Origin: Bacteroidota bacterium
GTDB taxonomy: Bacteria > Bacteroidota > Bacteroidia > UBA4408
DNA: 64,000 nt
Assembly (NCBI GenBank): GCA_016721765.1
Contig: JADKHO010000004.1
Location: forward strand, 288,088-352,087
Direction: 5' to 3'
Within the stretch, counting starts at the first letter, position 1, and each line of letters begins with the position of its first letter. Below, one piece after another: positions 38,856 through 48,640 of the stretch. Position numbers and translations under genes: made by a program. Under the pieces are notes generated by a model. That model saw nothing but the letters and a program-made list of their open reading frames with translations, searched no databases and had not been told where the DNA came from.

Positions 38856-39958
38856 TATGCTTCCTTGTTTCCATTTTTGATTTTAAACAATTTAAACTCC
38901 GTTTTAATTTTCTTGAAGATGAGTGCAATGCGGTCTTGATGAGTGTCGGTAATAAATATTTGCCCAAATCCTTCAGAGCTCACGAGCTGCATCAGCTGCT
39001 GTACGCGGCTTTCGTCGAGCTTATCGTAAATATCATCCAATAAAATGATGGGCGTTTTTTGTTTAATGCTTTTTAAAAAATCGAACTGTGCCAGTTTTAA
39101 AGCAATGAGAAATGATTTTTGTTGACCTTGAGAACCAAATTTTTTAACGGCAAATCCATTGATTTTAAAAATTAAATCGTCCTTATGAATTCCTACTGAA
39201 GAATATTGCAAGTGCAAATCCTTCTTAACAGCCGATTCTAGAAGTTCAGCAAATTCACCATCATTTAATTGGGATGCATATTCCAACCCAACTTCTTCCT
39301 TCCCACCAGAAATCAATTGATAATAACGATTGAAAATAGGAATGAATTTACTTATGAAAAGTTTGCGTTCCGCATGAATCATAAGTCCTAATTTAACCAA
39401 TTGTTCGTCCCAAATGGAAATGGTTTCCTTATCATACATGCGATTCTCCGCAAAGCTTTTCAATACTGCATTGCGGTGAGCCAGCACTTTATTGTAGGCC
39501 AATAAATTTTCAAGATAGGATTTATCAAATTGAGCAATGGCACTATCCATAAACTTACGACGGCTTTCACTTCCTTCGGTAATTAATTCAGAATCGGCGG
39601 GCGAAACCATTACCAATGGAATGGTGCCAATATGATCGGCTAAACGATTGTATTCCTTTTTATTTTTTTTGAATTGTTTTTTCTCGTTGCGCTTGAACCC
39701 ACAATAAATGTCCTCTCTAACATCCTCCCCAATTAAAAAATCGCCTTGAATCACGAAGAAAGGATTGGTATGGTAAATATTTTGGCTGTCGTTGGCATTG
39801 AAAAAGCTTTTACAAAATGCGAGGTAATGGATGGCATCGAGTAAATTAGTTTTGCCTTCACCATTATTGCCAACAAAACAATTGATGTGCTTACTGAACA
39901 CAAAATCCGCTTCAGCATAATTCTTAAAACCCAACAACGACAATTTACTCAGGTACAT
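38855..39958 (-). CDS. recF: DNA replication and repair protein RecF
   Basis: Walker A (GNNGEGKTNLLDAI) and a C-terminal Walker B (ILLDDIYDKLD). Confidence 0.9.
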   Translation of the reverse strand: MYLSKLSLLGFKNYAEADFVFSKHINCFVGNNGEGKTNLLDAIHYLAFCKSFFNANDSQNIYHTNPFFVIQGDFLIGEDVREDIYCGFKRNEKKQFKKNKKEYNRLADHIGTIPLVMVSPADSELITEGSESRRKFMDSAIAQFDKSYLENLLAYNKVLAHRNAVLKSFAENRMYDKETISIWDEQLVKLGLMIHAERKLFISKFIPIFNRYYQLISGGKEEVGLEYASQLNDGEFAELLESAVKKDLHLQYSSVGIHKDDLIFKINGFAVKKFGSQGQQKSFLIALKLAQFDFLKSIKQKTPIILLDDIYDKLDESRVQQLMQLVSSEGFGQIFITDTHQDRIALIFKKIKTEFKLFKIKNGNKEA

Positions 39959-40179
39959 TTAACTCCAATTTTGGGAGGAGCGAAATTAGCTTTTTTAATT
40001 TGGTTTTTAAAGCCGGAATTCAACTACTTTCAAATTCTTTTGAGAAAATTCTTGAATTTGAAAATGGCCTAAATGATGAAGCTTTCGAGAATAATTTTTC
40101 ATCGAAATTTCTTAATTTCCATTTGCAAGTAACTGAAAAATAAATACCTTAGCTAAAGAATTTAATTAACCCATTTCGC

Positions 40180-42585
40180 ATGAAATCAAAATTTTTTACC
40201 CTTGTCTTACTTTTTATTTTAGCCATTGCTGGTGATAGCAGTATCGCTCAAAATACAAATTGCCCAATTCCTTCAGGGCCTGTAACAACTGTGGTGAGCA
40301 CAACAAGTGCTACCGTTTCGTGGACGGCTCAAACCGCAAACGGATATTATAGAGTTCAATATCGCGCGCTTTCCTTGAGTTCCGGGACCTGGACGCAGAT
40401 GTATGCGCAAACAAATTCTTATACCATTAGTGGATTATTATGCGGAACTGCCTATGAATGGCAAGTTCAAGCAATTTGTGCCACTATTGGCGGAGTAGCC
40501 AATACCAGTGCTTTTACAACCAGTCTTGTTTTTACAACACTTCCCTGCAACACTACTTGCCTTCCGCCTACAGGCTTAAACACAAGCGCGATTGCAACAA
40601 ATAGCGCTGTTGCGAATTGGACAGCACAATCCGGCATTGGAGTTTACCGCATTCAATACCGACCGGTTACGAATGTAATTACTGCATGGACCCAAATTAC
40701 TGTGCAAGGTACAAGCTATACCATGGCAAATTTAATTTGTGGAGTAGCCTACGAGTGGCAAGTACAAACCCTATGCAGCACAGCCGGCACTGGAGGAACT
40801 AGCGCTTATTCATCAAGCACTGTGTTTACAACCTTAACTTGCCCCACCACTTGTCCTGTTCCTGCCGGTTTAACTGTTAGTTCAATTACAAGCACTGGTG
40901 CAACATTAAGTTGGACAAGCGCTTCGCCTGCACCGGCTTATTATCTGATACAATACCGCCCTTTGAATACTGTAGGTTGGACTTCCGTCACCGTTCAAGC
41001 AAATCAATCTTATACCTTAACCGGATTAAGTTGCAATACTGCTTATGAATGGAAGCTTCAATCCATTTGCGCTAATTCGGGAACAGCTGGTGGATCGAGT
41101 GCTTTTTCAACACCTTTATCTTTCACTACTTCAGCTTGCCCAACTCCAACCTGCGCAGTTCCAACAGGGCTTAACAGCAGCGCGGTTTCCTCAACAAGTG
41201 TTAATTTAGCTTGGACAGCAGCAAGTGGTGCTATTTACTACAAAATACAATATAGACCGTTAAATCCTGCCAATGCGAATTGGACACAAGTTTATGTAAC
41301 AGCCAACTCATCTTATATATTGAGCTCATTGGTTTGTGGAACGAGCTATGAATGGCAAGTACAATCTATTTGTTCTTCTGCAAGCAATGGTGGTTCGAGT
41401 GCATTTTCTACCTCCGCAACATTTTCGACTCTTGCTTGCACATCAACCTGTGCGGTGCCTAGCGGAATGACAACCGGAAATATTACTTCCTCATCGGCTG
41501 TTGCTTCTTGGACGGCAGTTGCGGGAGTGAGTATTTACAATTTGCAATATCGTTTAGTAACGAATGCAATTACCAATTGGACACAAGCTACTGTGCAGGG
41601 AACAACCTTTAGTTTAGCCAATTTAATGTGTGGAGCGCTTTATGAATGGCAGGTTGCTTCAGTTTGCACAAATACATTAAATGGGACATCGGTAATCAGC
41701 AGCTTTTCGCCAAGCACAACATTTACAACTTTGGCTTGTGCTACTACATGCCCGGTTCCTAGCGGATTAGCTTCTGGAAACATTACAGCATCGAGTGCGT
41801 ATGTTGGATGGGCAGCTGTATCTGGAGTTTATGCATATCGCATTCAATATCGCGCCATATTGCCTAATGTACCTCCAACCAATCCCTGGACACAAATCAG
41901 TTTGCAATCAAACACCACTACTTTAATTAATTTGCTCTGCAACACTAATTATGAATGGCAAGTACAATCCATTTGTACTACGGCAACAAATGGTACAAGT
42001 GCATTTTCATCTAGTTCATTCTTTACCACTTCTGCCTGCGCTAATTTATGCGCTGTGCCGCTTAATTTAATGGCAACAAACATTGCACCTCAAAGCTGTT
42101 TGGTTAAATGGACAAGCCCAACACCAGTGTTCGGATTTAGCATACGATATCGAAAAATAAATACTGGTGCTTGGACAGTTGTTAGTTCAAATACTTACTC
42201 CAAACAATTATTCGGACTACAGGCTCAATCTTATTATGAATGGCAAGTACAAAGTATTTGCACAACACCAGGAGGAACTACTGCCGGTTCAGTTAGTGCT
42301 TGGTCTCCCTCGTCTTATTTCCATACCCACTTTGTAATAGTAGTGGGTCCTAATCCGGCCGATAGGTTGTTAAAAGTGGAGATGGAGTTGAATGATACAG
42401 ATGAGACAGCCCACATCCAATTGCGCAACATATTGGGTGCAGTTGTTTTTAGTACAGAAAAAACTTTGTATGACGGAAAAAATGAATTAGAAATTGCGAC
42501 TGCTAATTTCACCGAAGGGCTTTACTTTTTAAGTGTGAGCGGCGTTTCAGGAAAACAGGTTTCAAAAGTATACGTGCGACATTAA
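40180..42585 (+). CDS. T9SS cargo protein with seven tandem fibronectin-type-III-like repeats
   Basis: Seven ~98 aa repeats, each with C..TC.VP.GL ... W...YR.QYR ... L.CGT.YEWQVQSIC. The C-terminal sorting domain is GPNPADRLLKV...GLYFLSV. Confidence 0.7.
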   Translation: MKSKFFTLVLLFILAIAGDSSIAQNTNCPIPSGPVTTVVSTTSATVSWTAQTANGYYRVQYRALSLSSGTWTQMYAQTNSYTISGLLCGTAYEWQVQAICATIGGVANTSAFTTSLVFTTLPCNTTCLPPTGLNTSAIATNSAVANWTAQSGIGVYRIQYRPVTNVITAWTQITVQGTSYTMANLICGVAYEWQVQTLCSTAGTGGTSAYSSSTVFTTLTCPTTCPVPAGLTVSSITSTGATLSWTSASPAPAYYLIQYRPLNTVGWTSVTVQANQSYTLTGLSCNTAYEWKLQSICANSGTAGGSSAFSTPLSFTTSACPTPTCAVPTGLNSSAVSSTSVNLAWTAASGAIYYKIQYRPLNPANANWTQVYVTANSSYILSSLVCGTSYEWQVQSICSSASNGGSSAFSTSATFSTLACTSTCAVPSGMTTGNITSSSAVASWTAVAGVSIYNLQYRLVTNAITNWTQATVQGTTFSLANLMCGALYEWQVASVCTNTLNGTSVISSFSPSTTFTTLACATTCPVPSGLASGNITASSAYVGWAAVSGVYAYRIQYRAILPNVPPTNPWTQISLQSNTTTLINLLCNTNYEWQVQSICTTATNGTSAFSSSSFFTTSACANLCAVPLNLMATNIAPQSCLVKWTSPTPVFGFSIRYRKINTGAWTVVSSNTYSKQLFGLQAQSYYEWQVQSICTTPGGTTAGSVSAWSPSSYFHTHFVIVVGPNPADRLLKVEMELNDTDETAHIQLRNILGAVVFSTEKTLYDGKNELEIATANFTEGLYFLSVSGVSGKQVSKVYVRH

Positions 42586-42605
42586 TAAGAATAGTATTTA
42601 TGTTT

Positions 42606-42640
42606 AAAGGAGTTCACCCGGTGAACTCCTTTTTTATTTT
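42606..42640 (+). terminator. Rho-independent terminator
   Basis: Hairpin aaaggagttcacc-cg-ggtgaactccttt followed by a T-run. Confidence 0.7.
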
Positions 42641-42709
42641 AAAAAAGATTTGGCTGCACTAAATAATGGAATTGCTTTAGTACATTTGAATATCGAAAAA
42701 AAATAATTT

Positions 42710-43792
42710 ATGCGATTTCCTTTTTCACTAAGGCTTGCGGGGATTCTTCTCTGCTTTGTGCTTTCCACAATCATTTTAGTTTATACCAAGGATTTTTTAT
42801 TGCCCATTATCATTTCTGCGCTGCTTTCCTTTTTACTCTATCCACTTTGCAGGAGGTTAGAAAAAATAAAAATTCCGCGGATTGCGGCAATCATGATATC
42901 GATGCTGATAGTGCTGCTTTTATTGGTGATGGTACTCATCTTTATCTCCTCACAAGTTTCAACTTTAGTGAGAGAAATGTCGGGGATGAATCAAAAATTG
43001 GAGTTTAAACTCAACATGTTGCATGAATACATTGTAACTCATTTCCCTATTTCAAATGATACACTGGACCAATGGATTGAAAATGGAAAAGTAAAAATTA
43101 TTGGCAATTTGGGTGAAATGCTTGGCGGAACTGTTTCTACCACCACTGAAATCATGAGTTATTTTGGACTAGTACCGGTTTATGTTTTTTGCTTTTTATT
43201 GTATAAAAAATCGTTTAAGGATTTTGCATTTTCATTGATTGATGGAGAGAAACATAGAGAAATTACACATCTACTCGGTAGCATTCAAAAACTGAGTCAG
43301 AATTATTTAATTGGTTTGTTTTCAGTAATCCTAATAATAGGAATATTGAATTCATTGGGCTTATGGATTATTGGAATAAACAATGCGCTATTTTTCGGGT
43401 TCTTTGCAGCTTTACTCACCATCATTCCTTACATTGGAATTTTTATTGGTTCACTCTTGCCAATCGCTTACGCTTTGCTCACAAAAGACTCGTTGGGAGC
43501 TGCCGCCGGAGTGGTTGTTGTTTTTTCGATTGTGCAAATTTTAGAATCAAATTATATCACACCCAGAGTGGTTGGTTCACGCGTGAGCATAAATCCATTT
43601 GCTGCCATAGTAGCTTTATTGGTGGGTGCCGAAATTTGGGGAGCAGCCGGAATGATACTCTCCATCCCGATAACGGCCATCTTAAAATTAATTTTTGATG
43701 CTCGCGAATCCACCAAAGCAATTGGATATTTTTTAGGAAGTGAATTAACGGATGAAAAAGACAATCCGGCTAAGACTTTGGGAAGAGATTAA
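42710..43792 (+). CDS. AI-2E family transporter (PerM/YdiK-like)
   Basis: 360 aa with 8 TM segments and a typical AI-2E N-terminus and core. Confidence 0.75.
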   Translation: MRFPFSLRLAGILLCFVLSTIILVYTKDFLLPIIISALLSFLLYPLCRRLEKIKIPRIAAIMISMLIVLLLLVMVLIFISSQVSTLVREMSGMNQKLEFKLNMLHEYIVTHFPISNDTLDQWIENGKVKIIGNLGEMLGGTVSTTTEIMSYFGLVPVYVFCFLLYKKSFKDFAFSLIDGEKHREITHLLGSIQKLSQNYLIGLFSVILIIGILNSLGLWIIGINNALFFGFFAALLTIIPYIGIFIGSLLPIAYALLTKDSLGAAAGVVVVFSIVQILESNYITPRVVGSRVSINPFAAIVALLVGAEIWGAAGMILSIPITAILKLIFDARESTKAIGYFLGSELTDEKDNPAKTLGRD

Positions 43793-44296
43793 CTATAAAC
43801 TATTTAATAAATCACGTTTTTTCTTACAACGTTGAATACTTGCCGCAGCACTATCAATCATTTTTTCATCAAATAAATTGACGATGTAATTTTTGTAAGC
43901 TGCAATTGCTTCATCATACTTCCCCATTGATTCATACATAATAGCATATTCATTTGCAAGGGTGGCGCGATTAATGCCGGGACAGGCTTCCGCCTTTTTT
44001 AATAGGCTTTCCAGCTCATCGTATTTCCTTATTGTGCTCAGCAAAATTGCATAATTGTAATATACGGCTGCGTAATCCGGTTTAAATTTAATAGCCAAAC
44101 GATAATGCTCTTCTGCTTTCGGCAAATCTTTGTGTTTGGTTTCATAAATCCAACCTAAATGATTGTGTGCCTTTCCAAAATCAGGGGCTTCTGCTAAAAC
44201 ATCGTGCAATACATTGATAGCATCGGCAATTTTATTTTCTTTAATGAGGAAGTCAGCATTTTCGAACATTTCCTCTAAGACATTAGTTGTAAGCAT
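43793..44296 (-). CDS. Small TPR-repeat protein
   Basis: 167 aa with 3-4 TPR-like helices. Confidence 0.5.
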   Translation of the reverse strand: MLTTNVLEEMFENADFLIKENKIADAINVLHDVLAEAPDFGKAHNHLGWIYETKHKDLPKAEEHYRLAIKFKPDYAAVYYNYAILLSTIRKYDELESLLKKAEACPGINRATLANEYAIMYESMGKYDEAIAAYKNYIVNLFDEKMIDSAAASIQRCKKKRDLLNSL

Positions 44297-44353
44297 AAAA
44301 TATTATTTGCAGTAAAATTAAAAAAAGCTTTTTGGATTCTTGAATTGCCTTTT

Positions 44354-45109
44354 TTAGGCAACAAAATACATATCGATCTCACCCTTGTTTTTGGCAGGAA
44401 TTTTTCCTCTATAAATGCAATTGAATTTATCTTTGACTTTTTGATAAGTGCTTCCGCTGATATTCACTTTACCTGCTTCTCCGCTAGATTCAAGTCGTGC
44501 AGCAATATTTACAGTATCGCCCCAAATATCATATGCGAATTTTTTGAACCCAACTATTCCTGCCACAACCGGTCCGGTGTGTATACCAATTCTGATTTCA
44601 AAAATTGCTTTGTGCTCGCTTTTTCTAACTTCAAGATGGCGCTGCATAAACTGATTAATTTCGATAGCAGCTTTAACGACATCTTCGGCATGCGTAGTAT
44701 TTACGACTGGCAATCCACCGGCACACATATACGCATCCCCAATAGTTTTAATTTTTTCGATTCCATGTTTTGAAATTATCTCATCAAAAGCCTTGAAACA
44801 GGTATGAATTTCAGCAACCAATTCGGCCGGATTCAAACTTTCGGATATTTGAGTAAAGCCTTTAAAATCGGTAAACATTACAGAAACTTCATCAAATTGC
44901 TTTGCTTCTGCACTTCCGGTATTTTTCAACTCTTCTGCCACTTCCGGTGGAAGAATATTTAGCAACAAATCATCACTTCTCTTTTTCTCATAGCTGATTT
45001 TTTTTCGTTGCTTGACAACTAATATTAAAAACAAAGCCACAATTGCAAGTACTAATATAATTCCATTTCGAATAATTGCCTGAACTCTTAAACGTTCCTG
45101 ATATTCCAA
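44354..45109 (-). CDS. Class III adenylate/guanylate cyclase catalytic domain with N-terminal TM helix (TTG start; downstream half of an interrupted gene)
   Basis: Cyclase core FTDFKGFT..IKTIGDAYMCAGG..GIHTGPVVAGIVG..YDIWGDTVNIAARLES. It is in frame with the upstream TPR ORF across a single TAA. Confidence 0.75.
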   Translation of the reverse strand: MEYQERLRVQAIIRNGIILVLAIVALFLILVVKQRKKISYEKKRSDDLLLNILPPEVAEELKNTGSAEAKQFDEVSVMFTDFKGFTQISESLNPAELVAEIHTCFKAFDEIISKHGIEKIKTIGDAYMCAGGLPVVNTTHAEDVVKAAIEINQFMQRHLEVRKSEHKAIFEIRIGIHTGPVVAGIVGFKKFAYDIWGDTVNIAARLESSGEAGKVNISGSTYQKVKDKFNCIYRGKIPAKNKGEIDMYFVA

Positions 45110-45124
45110 TTTTTCGGTCTTTAA

Positions 45125-46144
45125 TTAAAAATCTTTTAATGCGTTTTGCTTTATCATTTCGGAATAGGCCAATTGATTTCGCTTTACTAAAATGTTGGTA
45201 CTATCGTTCCAAGAAAAATACAAACGATGCGCCTCCAGCGCCTTTTGCGGCATGTTCATTTTTTCGTACAAATAGCTTAGTTGCAAATAAACATCTCTTA
45301 ATACAGATTTTGCCCTTCCTCCTTTTCCTGCTTCAATTGCAGCTGTAAAACATTGCAAGGCATTGGCATAATCACCCTTTCTGAAATAAATTTTCCCCAA
45401 TCCCTTTAAGGAACCTGCCTTCACAAAAAACTCCGAAGAATCGCTAAGGGATAAACTTTTGGTATAGTAAATAAACGCTGAATCAGGCCTTTCACTTTCC
45501 AAAAAAACATCTCCCATGAGTTGGCAATCGTTACCGATAGAGTATGTATTTTTGAATTTATGATCAGAAGCCAAGCATTGCCGCAAGAGTGATTCAGCTT
45601 TTTCATAATTTTTTAAGGATAAATAAACAGCCGCCACATTGCCGAGCAAAAACACTGCTAATTTTTCATTACCCAAGTGCTTATACACGTTTATGCCGGC
45701 ATTAAAAGCATCCAATGCCTTATCATACTCACCAAGGGAGGAGTAGGAAAGCCCTTCTGTATTGTATGAACTGGCCAACTGAATGCTATCTTTCATTTCA
45801 ATCGCAAGTGCCTTACGATATGAATTATATTCTATTGCCTTACTATACTCTTCAATCCGCCAATAATATCCGCTTAAATTACGATACGCACGAAATAACC
45901 CATTGGTGTAGTTGATTCTTTTTGAAATGGCAAGTGCAGAATCTTCAAATACTTTTTCCACGCCAGGAGAATGTGCATATAAGGCCGCAAACTTAAAGTA
46001 CTGTATAACCTTTGCAGTATCAGTAGTCATCGAATTTGCAACGCGTACTAAAGAGTCAGGATTGGGATTGGAAACGGAGGCACTTGCCTTCAAAAAAAGG
46101 CAACATCCCAAAGAAAACATTAACCAAATTTGGCCCAATTTCAT
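45125..46144 (-). CDS. Secreted TPR-repeat protein (upstream half of the split sensor-cyclase)
   Basis: Signal peptide plus multiple TPR-like repeats. Confidence 0.6.
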   Translation of the reverse strand: MKLGQIWLMFSLGCCLFLKASASVSNPNPDSLVRVANSMTTDTAKVIQYFKFAALYAHSPGVEKVFEDSALAISKRINYTNGLFRAYRNLSGYYWRIEEYSKAIEYNSYRKALAIEMKDSIQLASSYNTEGLSYSSLGEYDKALDAFNAGINVYKHLGNEKLAVFLLGNVAAVYLSLKNYEKAESLLRQCLASDHKFKNTYSIGNDCQLMGDVFLESERPDSAFIYYTKSLSLSDSSEFFVKAGSLKGLGKIYFRKGDYANALQCFTAAIEAGKGGRAKSVLRDVYLQLSYLYEKMNMPQKALEAHRLYFSWNDSTNILVKRNQLAYSEMIKQNALKDF

Positions 46145-46289
46145 ACTGCAATAATGTATTCCTTTTTCGCTTGTACTTGCGAAAAAATATTCGATTAAAT
46201 GTAGTGTTTGAATTTGAATTAGGAAAATTGAGAAAGAGTAGTTGAGCTTAACTTCTAAAAATTAAAATGAAATAAAATAAAGTTTTAAT

Positions 46290-46964
46290 TTAGTTAAACT
46301 TGGTTGCTCTTCTATCTTGTCGCATTAATTTTTTTACTTTCTTGCCTCGTGTTCCTTGCAAGCGCTCCCATTTGCTTACCCTATCCCACAGTGGCACCGT
46401 ATAATTAGGGTTTCGAGCTGATGAACCATCAATAGCAACACTAATCTTATTAACTGTTCTCAGCGTATCCACAATGAATGGAATTCGAATTACATGCGGT
46501 TTAAATTTACGCAATAGGCTTTTTAATAAGGTTGCTTGAAAGGGATCAGTTATTAATGCCACCTTTTTAAAACCTAAACTATCCGCCATCTTGTGCCCGT
46601 AGTAAACATTTTCTACACTGTGCTCTGCTTCAATTTCGGCAAAGCAATTCTCTTTTGGAACACCCATTTTTTGTGCATATAAACACATAATTTTTCCTTC
46701 ATAAAATGGAGAATAAACGGAGCCTCCCGAAAAAATCAGGTTCTTCACTACACCTCTTTTGTATAAGTGCACCGCCCATATTACTCTTCCTTTCATCGCC
46801 GAATCCCAGCCACTTTCCACCCAAGGAACTCCGGGTACAATTCCAGCATCAAAAGGCGTCTTTTGAATTGCTTTTCGGTAAAGTTTTGTGGAATTGTTAT
46901 TAAAAAAAACACAAGAGCTTAAGAGAAATAGCACAGGGATTATAATTAAAAAATTCTTCATCAT
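46290..46964 (-). CDS. DUF218/YdcF (ElyC-like) family lipoprotein
   Basis: Lipobox LLSSC and a DUF218-like core (LIFSGG). Confidence 0.6.
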   Translation of the reverse strand: MMKNFLIIIPVLFLLSSCVFFNNNSTKLYRKAIQKTPFDAGIVPGVPWVESGWDSAMKGRVIWAVHLYKRGVVKNLIFSGGSVYSPFYEGKIMCLYAQKMGVPKENCFAEIEAEHSVENVYYGHKMADSLGFKKVALITDPFQATLLKSLLRKFKPHVIRIPFIVDTLRTVNKISVAIDGSSARNPNYTVPLWDRVSKWERLQGTRGKKVKKLMRQDRRATKFN

Positions 46965-46969
46965 ACTGG

Positions 46970-48577
46970 TTATGCGCTAGGAATTTCGGCTGTTTTATAA
47001 TTATCAATACGGCTCATGAAATTTTTCTTGAGGATGGTGGAGGCCGTAATAACGCCCGAAAAAAGAGCTCCACCCACGCCTACTGTTAATGTATCCTGGC
47101 CGGTTAAAAATAAATTTTTAATAGGGGTTTGAGGCCGCAACCAATTTAATCGAAATCGAGCCGGTGTATGCTCCAAACCATAAATTTCGCCATGCGTATA
47201 ATTGCAAAAATGCTTTGTCGACAATGGCGTGGAGAGTTCGCACAGTTCAACATTGCCTTTTACTTGAGGAACAATTTGATATAATTTTTCGAGCATTATG
47301 GTTTTAAAAGCTTCTTTAAAATTCAAATATTCATCCCCTCTTTTCATCCATTTTGTTTCTTCCCATTTCTTTGTCCACTCATACGAACAGGCCACAATAA
47401 TTTGAACAGTTGCTGTGTTAGCATTGTTTTCGGCCCAATTTGGGTCCTTGGCGGAAGGAAATGAAATGTAAAAAAGAGGTGGCTCCTCTGAACTGTTATT
47501 CATGTGCCGGTCAAAATCGGCATCAAAATCATAACTTTTATACACCCAATAATTCCATTTAGGAAGATTTAGTTCAGCATCCGACTTATTTAAGCCCACA
47601 TACAAACATAAGTGAGAAACACTGGGCTTTACATTAAGCAAGTCGGATTTAATTGCCTTCGTGCGCAATTCCAATTTCGGAATTAATTTATCAAAGGTAT
47701 TGCGAGCACCTGCATTGCTGATTATCTTACTCGCATAAATTTTTTCGCCGTCTTCCATTTCAACACCAACCGCAACTTTATTTTCCAATATTATCTCTTT
47801 CACATCGGCACGAATCAATACTTCCCCGCCTTGTTTGCGAATGACTTCAATAATATTTCTATAAATTTCGGAAGCGCCACCTATTGGATAATTTCCACCT
47901 TCCAAATAGTGTTCTGCAATCATGGCATGTATTGCAAAACTGCTTTTCTTTGGAGGCAAACCATAGTCACCACACTGGGCACACAGCACTGCAATCAACT
48001 CCTCATTTGAAGTAAGTTCCCTCAAAAAATCATAGGTAGTTTTATCGGAATAAGAATTGAATTTTTTGCGCAAAAAACGACCCAGCCATTTACTCAGGAA
48101 AGGTGGCATTGCCTTTTCTCCGAAAAACATTCCGGTGCCCTTGGAAAATTTTTCAATGCAATCGAAATAAGCACGTATGGCAATTTCTTCTTTAGGAAAA
48201 TAGGATATTAATTTTTGAATCTGATTGGCTTTGCCGGCAACAAACTCATATTCCTTTCCGGCAATTATTGCTTTGTCATAAATACTGCCCATTTCTGCCC
48301 ATTGAAGTTTGCCTCCGGTTATAAAATCAAAAGCTTTGCGCAAACTTGCCTTATGACTTTGAACTTGCCCCACATAATGCACACCTACATCCCATTTAAA
48401 CCCTTTACGTTTAAACGCATGTGTAAAACCACCCGGAACATAATGGCGCTCTAAAACAAGCACTTTTTTCCCTTCACCGGCCAGCAATGCAGCGGTTGTT
48501 AGGCCACCCAATCCTGAACCAATGACAATGGCATCAAAATTTTGGAAATTATAATCGGGAGTGTATTTTTTGTACAT
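46970..48577 (-). CDS. FAD-dependent oxidoreductase of the phytoene-desaturase (CrtI)/amine-oxidase family
   Basis: N-terminal DAIVIGSGLGGLTTAALLA..GKKVLVLE dinucleotide-binding fold and a 535 aa length. Confidence 0.7.
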   Translation of the reverse strand: MYKKYTPDYNFQNFDAIVIGSGLGGLTTAALLAGEGKKVLVLERHYVPGGFTHAFKRKGFKWDVGVHYVGQVQSHKASLRKAFDFITGGKLQWAEMGSIYDKAIIAGKEYEFVAGKANQIQKLISYFPKEEIAIRAYFDCIEKFSKGTGMFFGEKAMPPFLSKWLGRFLRKKFNSYSDKTTYDFLRELTSNEELIAVLCAQCGDYGLPPKKSSFAIHAMIAEHYLEGGNYPIGGASEIYRNIIEVIRKQGGEVLIRADVKEIILENKVAVGVEMEDGEKIYASKIISNAGARNTFDKLIPKLELRTKAIKSDLLNVKPSVSHLCLYVGLNKSDAELNLPKWNYWVYKSYDFDADFDRHMNNSSEEPPLFYISFPSAKDPNWAENNANTATVQIIVACSYEWTKKWEETKWMKRGDEYLNFKEAFKTIMLEKLYQIVPQVKGNVELCELSTPLSTKHFCNYTHGEIYGLEHTPARFRLNWLRPQTPIKNLFLTGQDTLTVGVGGALFSGVITASTILKKNFMSRIDNYKTAEIPSA

Positions 48578-48640
48578 ATTAAGCTATCAATAGTACAAAA
48601 AACGTTTGAGCTAGTAAATTGTTTTTAGGCTGAATGCAAA

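Larger units (their letters stand above)
44354..46144 (-). pseudogene. TPR-TM-adenylate cyclase gene interrupted by one in-frame TAA (45125-45127)
   Basis: The stop of ORF 45125..46144 and the TTG start of ORF 44354..45109 are separated by exactly 5 sense codons (LKTEK) in the same frame. Confidence 0.5.
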
